From Lobosporangium transversale (Eukaryota), in contig NW_019028990.1 of NCBI RefSeq assembly GCF_002105155.1, forward strand, positions 1 to 64,000: a DNA stretch of 64,000 bases. The letters run 5' to 3'. A program made the translations under genes and the position numbers. Position 1 is the first letter of the stretch. Every line of letters starts with the position of its first letter. Positions 1 through 8,722 of the stretch are shown piece after piece. The notes beneath the pieces are model-generated. The model made no database searches, was not told the DNA's origin, and was given only the letters and a program-made list of their open reading frames with translations.

Positions 1-273
1 GATACATTCGATGCGCTTAAAAAATCGGCTTCGATGCATTCGGTAAATCGGTTTCGATACATTCGGTAAACGGTTTCGATACATTCGATGCATTCGATAT
101 AATCATACGACCCACGCTACACATTAAGGGTATCATTCAACACATTCGATTCATTCGATTCGATACAGAAATGGAGCATTCAATTTCGGTACAAACTTAC
201 CCTGAGCCGAAACCGAATCGAATGCATTCAATCCCATTCAATTTCGGTTGTATCGAATCGATTAGGAGCACTG
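1..273. mobile_element. Right part of a hAT-like MITE (CAGTGCTCCTA-TIR family) with internal TTCGAT/ATTCGA repeats; left end outside the window
   Basis: Ends in TAGGAGCACTG, the same terminus as the MITEs at 5763, 13017 and 13704; interior rich in TTCGA motifs. Confidence 0.75.
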
Positions 274-626
274 GTCCGCATTGCTAAAGGTGACGAATGG
301 AAAACCGCCTTTCGCACTCGGTATGGCCATTTCGAGAACCTTGTGATGCCTTTTGGGCTCACTAATGCCCCAGCCATCTTCCAAGCTTTTCTCAATGGGG
401 TCCGTCGTAGCTTCTTAGATACAGTGGCTTCCAAATTTGTCCAAATGTTCCACGCTCATGTTTTCCGTCTTGATTAGAATAATAGCGATGGTTGCTTGCA
501 CTTTTATTTTTATCAGAGTAAACAAGTATGCCAATGATACGTGGACTGGTCTAGTTTAAAATATCTCTAGTCTCATTCACCATGGTTTTTCATTGACAAA
601 AGTATTTAATCTCATTTGGACAATTA

Positions 627-2230
627 CAGTGGTCATCAAAAGTCATTCAATGAATTAGGAATTTCGACATTCTCATTCCTTTCTCCAATTTGATCTTGCT
701 TGTCGCTAATGAAACTTACGTAGCGAGTTTGACCATCGACAACGTCACTCCTACTACAATGTCAATGAGCTCCTGTTGCTAATTGAAAATTTAGATGAAT
801 GCCAATTATTGGCATCTCATTGAATGACATTTGAAGAAAATCAGCAGCTTTGCTTTATTTGTTTTTTTTTTCTGTTCTTCAGTAATGTGTACGACCTCCT
901 TTCATGCGATGTAGCTCCTCTACCCTTCGTGGCATACTTTCATATAGCTCATCAAGGAAGTCAGGTGGAATAGATGTCCAGATATCCTGTAGTCTTTCCC
1001 ATAGTTCATCCAGATCCTTTGGTACCTTCTCATATCCCTTGAGCCGATGATCCATGTAGGCCCATACATTCTCGATAGGGTTGAGGTCAGGAGAATTTGG
1101 AGGCCACTCCAAAGTGGTAATGTGTGACTTAATTAAGAACTCTTTAACCATCCTACTCGTATGAACACTTGCATTGTCCTGCTGAAAAATTAACTTTTCA
1201 GGGTCCTGGCCATACCACTTCCATGAGCCGAGGACATAATCTTGTAGAACATCAACATATAAAGAGGAATCAACTGTGACAGGGATCCTGCAACCATCGC
1301 CTACACCATGATAAGTGATACAGCCCCACCACATAAGTTTGTTATGTGCTCCCCTTGATCTCTCTCTAACATCTCGATCTTCTAAAGTCCTGTGGCCGGG
1401 TCGCCTATATTGTGTTCTTCCTCCTAAGGACCCTAGCCTTTCAAAAAGCTTTTCGTCCGAGAACATCACTCGCTTCCAGTCATCAACAGTCCAGTCAAGG
1501 TGGTTGAGGGCAAAATTCTTCCTTTTCGCAATCTGCATTTTTGTCAGCCTAGGCTTGAATGGGCGGACATAGTTTTTCAAACCCTCTGATTTTACATAGC
1601 GTCGGGCAGTCTCTACACTGACATGCACTCCATGGCTCGATCTGATGTATTCTTGAACTGCCAGAATGGATCTAAGTTTCCCCGTATCAACCTCGCGTGC
1701 AATAACCCTCTTGGTAGCAGGGGAAACCAATGAGGGTCTGCCCATTCTGGGTTTAGGAATATTGTCCTTGACGTCCCTCCTGATCCTTATTGCCGATGAA
1801 ATAGAGATACCAAGTTGCCTTGCCACTTCGCTTGTAGACTTCCCTTGTCGAAGTAAGGCCTGAGCATTTTGTACCTTTTCCATAGAAAGCGTCCTCATAA
1901 TAAATACTAAACGATGTGGAATGTTAATTGTAAGTAGAGGTGTATGAAGATATAGCTGAAGGTAATCTTGGTAGAAAAAAGAGAAGTGAAAAAGTTTTTT
2001 TTGCAATCAACATTGAAATTCAGCAGAAGTCATTCAATAGGCAGGTCAAATTGAAATTGGTTTTATTTCACAATGAAGTCATAATTAGGAATGAGACATG
2101 AAAGTAATCATGAGGTGTGGGGAACAAATGCACTACCCCAAATATACTAGCCACATGCTAGATGAGAATGAAGGAAAGGAATGAGAATGTTAAAAATTCA
2201 AAATCATTGAATGACTTTTGATGACCACTG
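627..2230 (-). mobile_element. Tc1 DNA transposon A, copy 1 (1604 bp, intact)
   Basis: TIR CAGTGGTCATCAAAAGTCATTCAATGA at both ends; TA TSD at 625-626 and 2231-2232. Confidence 0.95.
879..1898 (-). CDS. Tc1 transposase (DD34E), 339 aa
   Basis: HTH region, GRP motif, FSDE, QQDN, WPPNSPDLNPIE; first ATG at 1898. Confidence 0.93.
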   Translation of the reverse strand: MRTLSMEKVQNAQALLRQGKSTSEVARQLGISISSAIRIRRDVKDNIPKPRMGRPSLVSPATKRVIAREVDTGKLRSILAVQEYIRSSHGVHVSVETARRYVKSEGLKNYVRPFKPRLTKMQIAKRKNFALNHLDWTVDDWKRVMFSDEKLFERLGSLGGRTQYRRPGHRTLEDRDVRERSRGAHNKLMWWGCITYHGVGDGCRIPVTVDSSLYVDVLQDYVLGSWKWYGQDPEKLIFQQDNASVHTSRMVKEFLIKSHITTLEWPPNSPDLNPIENVWAYMDHRLKGYEKVPKDLDELWERLQDIWTSIPPDFLDELYESMPRRVEELHRMKGGRTHY

Positions 2231-2359
2231 TATATAACCATCACTTATTTTACGCACCTTTGCTGAATTTTTTTCAAATTATCTCCCACACACTTGAGTA
2301 GATACTCTTCACCTACACTCTTCTAGGAGCCTACGTTACTCTTTCTAAACACTCCAAAG

Positions 2360-3414
2360 ATGAAGCCAATCAAAGCTTCCGTTGTTGAGGATGCTCTCCA
2401 TTTACTCGAGTAGCACAAGTCCATCCGTCAGGTTGCCACAGAAGTAGGCATATCCAAGTCCTCAGTCCATAATATCTCCAAGACATTAGGGCCTGCCAGG
2501 AGTAAAAGTAGAGCTGGTCGGCCACGGAAGTTCGATTACCGGAATGCATATTATATTCGATTGTTGCTTCACCGTGGTGTAGTCTCATCAGCTGTCCATG
2601 CTACCAGACTCTATAACGATGAGAACGAAGATCCGGTGTCAGCTAATACGGTGCGTCGGGCGCTGAGAGATATAGGCATGAAAGCTAAAAAAGCCGTCAA
2701 GAAGCCTAGGCTAACAAAACGTCAAAAGAAAGCTCGACTGGACTTTGCTCTCCAGCACAAAGACTGGACCGAAGCTGATTGGAAGCGAGTAATTTGGTCC
2801 GATGAGTCCAAACTTTGTAGGATATCTTCTGATGGCATGCGCTATGTTTGGGTGGAAACAAATAAAGAACCAAAGGTGAAGGCGGCCGATATTGACCCAA
2901 AGTTAGTTTCGCCCACAGTCAAACATGGTGGTGGTTCGATCATGGTTTGGGGCTGCATGACGTGGGATGGGCCAGGCTACTTGGCCAAGATCGACTCCAC
3001 GCTGGACTCCGAGCTGTATATTCGTATCCTCCAGGACGAGCTATTGAATACTGTGGATTGGTACAACATTGATCCAGAGCAATTTATCTTCCAACAAGAC
3101 AATGATTCTAAGCATACGGCTAAGAGAGTCACAACCTACCTTGCCTCTATTGGATTGACAAGAGCGTCAGGTAGAATACTGACATGGCCTGCCAATTCAC
3201 CAGACCTAAACCCTATTGAGCATTTGTGGGATCACTTAAAAAAAAAATTCGCGAACATGGGACCATTCCAGAAGGCATGCTGGAACTCTGGGAAAGAGTG
3301 AGCCAGATATGGGAGGAGGAGACACAGGAGGAGGTCTGCCGCAATCTGATAAGAAGTATGCCTGAGCGGATGTTAGCAGTCATAAGGGCGAAAGGGGGCA
3401 ATACGAGGTTTTGA
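2360..3414 (+). pseudogene. Tc1-B transposase pseudogene (DD39E)
   Basis: ATG 2360; in-frame TAG 2411-2413; frameshift in the poly-A near 3238-3247; motifs GRPRK, WSDE, QQDN, SPDLNPIEH, KGGNTRF. Confidence 0.9.
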
Positions 3415-3792
3415 TAGGTGAAAAAAAACGATGGTTAAAAAATTGTCCAAATGAGAGGAAAATTTCAAAGTAGTGAAAAGCTATCAGAAACAAGCAGGAG
3501 CGCTAATAGGTTTTGAGCAAATAAAGTATGTCTACCAGGTTGCTCCCAGCTAGGATCCAAGGGCACAAGCGCTGCTCACTGTTGAACACTTATAGTTTTC
3601 CTTTGGAAGAATGAAACACTTGGACAATATTGGAAGCCACTGTACCTTCGTCGATATCTATTTGGACGACATCCTGATTTATTCCAACAACGAGGAAGAA
3701 CACGTTCACCACGTACGTAAGGTCTTGCAGTTGCTGATGGATGCAGACCTTCAAGTCAATTTGCAAAAATGCCAGCTCCATGTTACCACCGT

Positions 3793-3878
3793 TGTAATAG
3801 GTAGTAAAGACAAAAGGTTATTATATTTTAAATATTAAAACAAGCCTTTTTATAGGCTTAAGGCTATATACTGTTACA
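3793..3878 (-). repeat. 86-bp LTR (3' LTR of the minus-strand chromovirus)
   Basis: Reverse complement closely matches the LTRs at 7523 and 12810; TG..CA ends; preceded on the minus strand by PPT AAATGGGAAGG. Confidence 0.9.
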
Positions 3879-4139
3879 CCTTCCCATTTAAAAAAATTAT
3901 AGTCTATGTGCTTTCTTGTACTTCTTAAGCACCCTGGTGCAGTTGGTAAGAGATCGAGTTTTGAGAAATATTTCGCATTTCGAAAGCGGTCGATGAGCTC
4001 ATCGATACGCGGAAGTGGGTGGCGATTCTTGCGTGTGATTCTATTCAAACCACGGTAATCCACGCACATGCGAAGGGTTCCATCTTTCTTTTTGACGAAA
4101 AGGACAGGAGCTCCATAAGGTGATGTGCTGGGCTTAATA

Positions 4140-5743
4140 CAGTGGTCATCAAAAGTCATTCAATGATTTTGAATTTTTAACATTCTCATTCCTTTCCTTC
4201 ATTCTCATCTAGCATGTGGCTAGTATATTTGGGGTAGTGCATTTGTTCCCCACACCTCATGATTACTTTCATGTCTCATTCCTAATTATGACTTCATTGT
4301 GAAATAAAACCAATTTCAATTTGACCTGCCTATTGAATGACTTCTGCTGAATTTCAATGTTGATTGCAAAAAAAACTTTTTCACTTCTCTTTTTTCTACC
4401 AAGATTACCTTCAGCTATATCTTCATACACCTCTACTTACAATTAACATTCCACATCGTTTAGTATTTATTATGAGGACGCTTTCTATGGAAAAGGTACA
4501 AAATGCTCAGGCCTTACTTCGACAAGGGAAGTCTACAAGCGAAGTGGCAAGGCAACTTGGTATCTCTATTTCATCGGCAATAAGGATCAGGAGGGACGTC
4601 AAGGACAATATTCCTAAACCCAGAATGGGCAGACCCTCATTGGTTTCCCCTGCTACCAAGAGGGTTATTGCACGCGAGGTTGATACGGGGAAACTTAGAT
4701 CCATTCTGGCAGTTCAAGAATACATCAGATCGAGCCATGGAGTGCATGTCAGTGTAGAGACTGCCCGACGCTATGTAAAATCAGAGGGTTTGAAAAACTA
4801 TGTCCGCCCATTCAAGCCTAGGCTGACAAAAATGCAGATTGCGAAAAGGAAGAATTTTGCCCTCAACCACCTTGACTGGACTGTTGATGACTGGAAGCGA
4901 GTGATGTTCTCGGACGAAAAGCTTTTTGAAAGGCTAGGGTCCTTAGGAGGAAGAACACAATATAGGCGACCCGGCCACAGGACTTTAGAAGATCGAGATG
5001 TTAGAGAGAGATCAAGGGGAGCACATAACAAACTTATGTGGTGGGGCTGTATCACTTATCATGGTGTAGGCGATGGTTGCAGGATCCCTGTCACAGTTGA
5101 TTCCTCTTTATATGTTGATGTTCTACAAGATTATGTCCTCGGCTCATGGAAGTGGTATGGCCAGGACCCTGAAAAGTTAATTTTTCAGCAGGACAATGCA
5201 AGTGTTCATACGAGTAGGATGGTTAAAGAGTTCTTAATTAAGTCACACATTACCACTTTGGAGTGGCCTCCAAATTCTCCTGACCTCAACCCTATCGAGA
5301 ATGTATGGGCCTACATGGATCATCGGCTCAAGGGATATGAGAAGGTACCAAAGGATCTGGATGAACTATGGGAAAGACTACAGGATATCTGGACATCTAT
5401 TCCACCTGACTTCCTTGATGAGCTATATGAAAGTATGCCACGAAGGGTAGAGGAGCTACATCGCATGAAAGGAGGTCGTACACATTACTGAAGAACAGAA
5501 AAAAAAAACAAATAAAGCAAAGCTGCTGATTTTCTTCAAATGTCATTCAATGAGATGCCAATAATTGGCATTCATCTAAATTTTCAATTAGCAACAGGAG
5601 CTCATTGACATTGTAGTAGGAGTGACGTTGTCGATGGTCAAACTCGCTACGTAAGTTTCATTAGCGACAAGCAAGATCAAATTGGAGAAAGGAATGAGAA
5701 TGTCGAAATTCCTAATTCATTGAATGACTTTTGATGACCACTG
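4140..5743 (+). mobile_element. Tc1 DNA transposon A, copy 2 (1604 bp, intact)
   Basis: Same TIRs and length as copy 1; TA TSD at 4138-4139 and 5744-5745, within the Gypsy RT sequence GGCTTAA-TA-AATCCC. Confidence 0.95.
4472..5491 (+). CDS. Tc1 transposase (DD34E), 339 aa
   Basis: Translation identical to the 879-1898 copy. Confidence 0.93.
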   Translation: MRTLSMEKVQNAQALLRQGKSTSEVARQLGISISSAIRIRRDVKDNIPKPRMGRPSLVSPATKRVIAREVDTGKLRSILAVQEYIRSSHGVHVSVETARRYVKSEGLKNYVRPFKPRLTKMQIAKRKNFALNHLDWTVDDWKRVMFSDEKLFERLGSLGGRTQYRRPGHRTLEDRDVRERSRGAHNKLMWWGCITYHGVGDGCRIPVTVDSSLYVDVLQDYVLGSWKWYGQDPEKLIFQQDNASVHTSRMVKEFLIKSHITTLEWPPNSPDLNPIENVWAYMDHRLKGYEKVPKDLDELWERLQDIWTSIPPDFLDELYESMPRRVEELHRMKGGRTHY

Positions 5744-5762
5744 TAAATCCCTTAGCTAAGAG

Positions 5763-5981
5763 CAGTGCTCCTATTCGAACCATTCGAATCGAATTTGCCT
5801 GATAACGAATTCGATTCGAATCGAATTTGCCTGATAACGAATTCGATTCGAATAAGGTTGGTTCAAATTCGATTCGAATTCGAATAGATATCAGGATTCG
5901 AAAGCTATTCGAACCGTTCGAACCATTCGAACCATTCGAAGCTATTCGAATTCGGACCGTTAGATTCGAATAGGAGCACTG
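5763..5981. mobile_element. hAT-like MITE, 219-bp class, with internal TTCGAA repeats; no TSD
   Basis: TIRs CAGTGCTCCTATTCGAA / TTCGAATAGGAGCACTG; flanks GCTAAGAG and GGAAGGCT do not match. Confidence 0.85.
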
Positions 5982-6517
5982 GGAAGGCTATGGCTACAAC
6001 CGTCTGTGCCGAAGCAGGAACAGAGGCACCAACGAAGAAACGACGCATGGAGCGCAACCAGGTGTTGGCTGAGAAGCGATCGCGCTTTCCCTCGAACTTG
6101 TCGAGTTGGGGGTACTTGAAAGCGTGGGTCATCACAGGGTTGTCGGTAGTGAGCGTCATGGAATCAAGGATTAGGGCTAAAACTTCCACAGAGAGCAGGT
6201 TGAAAGTAAAATCGAGGAGGTAGGGTAGTGCGGCAGGGGACAGGGGGACAGGGATACCAGGGTCAGGGGGGCAGGGGACAGGGATAGAGGTCGGGGATGC
6301 AAAAGTCAAGGTAGTGTTCTAGGGGGATCTAAGGGTGCAATAAAGGTATCTTTATTCAGGGGGAACTATGCTACAGAACTAGATAGAAAAGTATACCTAT
6401 TTATACTAGTTAATATCCTGTTGCAAGGAATGCTCTAGAAATATGGGCGAAATACTATGTTGCACAAAATTATTATAGTGATTTCGCTTGCAGGGGATCA
6501 GAGTAGCTTTGCTACCA

Positions 6518-6603
6518 TGTAATAATTAAGAGGGACAAAAGATGATTTTAGTATAATTATTTAAACAAGCCTTTTTATAGCCTTAAGGCTATATAATGTC
6601 ACA
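6518..6603 (-). repeat. 86-bp LTR, diverged subfamily (5' LTR of the minus-strand copy)
   Basis: TG..CA ends; contains the perfect palindrome TATAGCCTTAAGGCTATA (6576-6593); followed on the minus strand by PBS TGGTAGC. Confidence 0.85.
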
Positions 6604-6754
6604 CCAAGATTGAATTAATTGAAGAGAAAAATTCAATATTTCATTTTGCCCCATGTGTTCCTACCACGCGCCAGTTATTTATTTGTATGATTCATATTCC
6701 CAAAGCTGCGAAAAGCCGTTTATATCAATATGCTTTTTACTCCGACGAGATTGT

Positions 6755-7170
6755 AAATCAGACTAGCTTATTCACTAGCGGTAATATATTGGAGCTCAAA
6801 CTAGGTTATCTCACTTAGGGTATCTTATTTTAGCTCATATTAGCTTATTGTATTTACGGTATTCACTGAAACTCAGACTAGCTTATTCACCTTACGGTAT
6901 GTTATTAAAACTCAGACTAACTTATTACACTTACGGTTTCTTATTGAAACTCAGACTAGCTTATTCCATTTAACGTAACTCAGACTAGCTTACTCCACTT
7001 AGCGTAACTCAGGCTTACTTATTTTACTTAGGGTAACTCAAACTTACTTATTCTACTTAGCGTAACTTATTGGAACTCAGGCTAGCTAATTTCAACTTAG
7101 GCTACATATTTATGAGCCTGGCTAACTTATCCGCCTTAGGATCCCTCAGTAGGACTCTGACTACCTTATT
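6755..7170. repeat. Degenerate minisatellite, about 11-12 units of 29 or 38-39 bp
   Basis: Recurrent AACTCAGACTAGCTTATT..CACTTA.GGT units. Confidence 0.8.
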
Positions 7171-7724
7171 TGGAGTAAAGAAAACTTCATAAAAGCCAGA
7201 GTAACGTAGTCGGGCAATGCTAACTTCTATAAAGTCACTAAGGTCAGACTAATTTACTTTGACTCTGGCTACCTTTTTAAATGCCTGACTCTTTCTACTA
7301 ACGGTAGCTTTTTTTAACTTCGACTAACTTATATAAATACGCTTAATAAAAAACTTATATTCCAGTCTTACTTATTTAGTGTTGGACTTGCGATAAGCTA
7401 TTAGGTCACAGAATAACTAACTTGGCCATGGAACTGACGATTTTATAATTAATATGAAAATATCAATCATAAATAGATAATGGATGCCCTTCCAATATCT
7501 GAACCCTGAATGTGTCCTGACTTGTAACAGTATATAGCCTTAAGCCTATAAAAAGGCTTGTTTTAATATTTATAATAAAACCACCTTTTATCTTCACTAC
7601 CTATTACATGTTAGCAAAGCTTCCTTGATCTCCGACCTCTATCCCTGTACCCCTGATTCCCTGTGTTTTTCTGCCCTGCTCCACCCTGCTTTCCCTTGAT
7701 CAATTATCTTCCCTGTTGTCCGCC

Positions 7725-8604
7725 ATGACTCTTACCTCTGACACCCCTGCTCCTTCCTCCTCCTTCAAGTACCCACAACCTGACAAATTTGACGGCAAGC
7801 GTGATGGCTTTTCGGCCACTACCTGGTTGCGCTCCATGCGCCGGTTTTTTGTGGGCGCCTCCGTGCCTGACGCAGCTCGGACTGTTGTAGCTATTGCCTT
7901 CCTTGGCCCTGATGCCGCCAGATGGTTCCTTCGAAACCTTTGAGGCCAGTTTTCGCACTGCGTTTATCCCGAACGACTTCTCTCAGCTCATCCGGTACCG
8001 TCTATCCTCATTGACAATGACCGCTACGGTTATTGATTATGTCGCTGAAGCGCGCGAGCTTCTAACTGCTTTACTAGCTGACGAATCTACAACCGGCGGT
8101 CGTAAGGCTATTGAAGACTTTGCATTCATTTGCTTCGTACAAGGTTGTCCCCCTGCATTGAACCATCTCTTGCGTGCCCTCCAGGTAACCCAAACGCTCA
8201 CTGTATATCAGCTCTTTGAGGCAGCTGGACAGTTCGACAGGGTTTACATCTTCCAACCCGACAACAAGGCTTCAACTCGACAAACCCCAAGCACTCAGGC
8301 ATCTGTGGTCGCGACCCAGCTCCAGGCCGCTCGAGACCCGATGGCTATGGAACTAGATAACCTTCGAATCGAGCTTAATGCTTTACGGAAGCATCTCCAT
8401 AGTAGAAGCTCTCTTGCCCCCCTTACTCCCGCCGAACGAACTGAATTGATTCGACGAGGTGCATGTTTCAAGTGCCGTCAAGATGGTAATCGCGCCAATG
8501 AATGCCCTGGTCGCCGAGGAGCCCGGAACTTTAATAGTCTGTCTCTACCTGAGGGGAATGTTCCAGACTCTGTGTCGGGAAAAGCCCCCAGCGGTCAAGC
8601 ATAG
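7725..8604 (+). pseudogene. Gag (frameshifted near 7930) with a degenerate zinc knuckle
   Basis: PDKFDGKRD..WL..M..FF retrotransposon gag motif; DPMAMELD; CFKCRQDGNRANEC. Confidence 0.8.
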
Positions 8605-8648
8605 TCCAGGGCTTGATCGCTGAAGCAACCTCTCCTTCTCTTCTGGAC
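8577..8648 (+). promoter_or_regulatory. Predicted -1 programmed ribosomal frameshift signal (slippery heptamer plus pseudoknot)
   Basis: G GGA AAA in gag phase; stem 8589-8600/8611-8622; loop GTCCAG is complementary to CTGGAC at 8643-8648. Confidence 0.7.
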
Positions 8649-8722
8649 AAGGGGAGTGTGTGCAACCCAGAGTTAAGTTTTCCCAACATTAAAATAAATC
8701 TGTTGAAGTTAAAAATTCTGCT

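Larger units (their letters stand above)
422..3642 (+). mobile_element. Tc1-like DNA transposon B (DD39E), defective, containing a Tc1-A insertion
   Basis: Imperfect TIRs CAGTGGCTTCCAAATTTGTCCAA / TTGGACAATATTGGAAGCCACTG; TA TSD at 420-421 and 3643-3644. Confidence 0.9.
274..3792 (+). pseudogene. Ty3/Gypsy reverse transcriptase fragment (274-421 plus 3645-3792), split by Tc1-B
   Basis: Rejoining at the duplicated TA gives a contiguous [50 protein letters not shown]. Confidence 0.85.
3793..6603 (-). mobile_element. Deleted, probably chimeric chromovirus (Ty3/Gypsy) copy carrying Tc1-A and MITE insertions
   Basis: LTRs at 6518-6603 and 3793-3878; PBS TGGTAGCAAAGC; gag start (5982-6160); RT piece [24 protein letters not shown] fused to the chromodomain tail and PPT. 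Confidence 0.85.

Noticed and set aside
4364..4471. N-terminal extension of the Tc1-A ORF from the ORF track
   Set aside because: Starts at TTG; the first ATG at 4472 gives a typical 339-aa transposase
6755..7170. CRISPR-like repeat-spacer array
   Set aside because: The parts between conserved cores are homologous to each other rather than unique spacers; eukaryotic context with no cas genes
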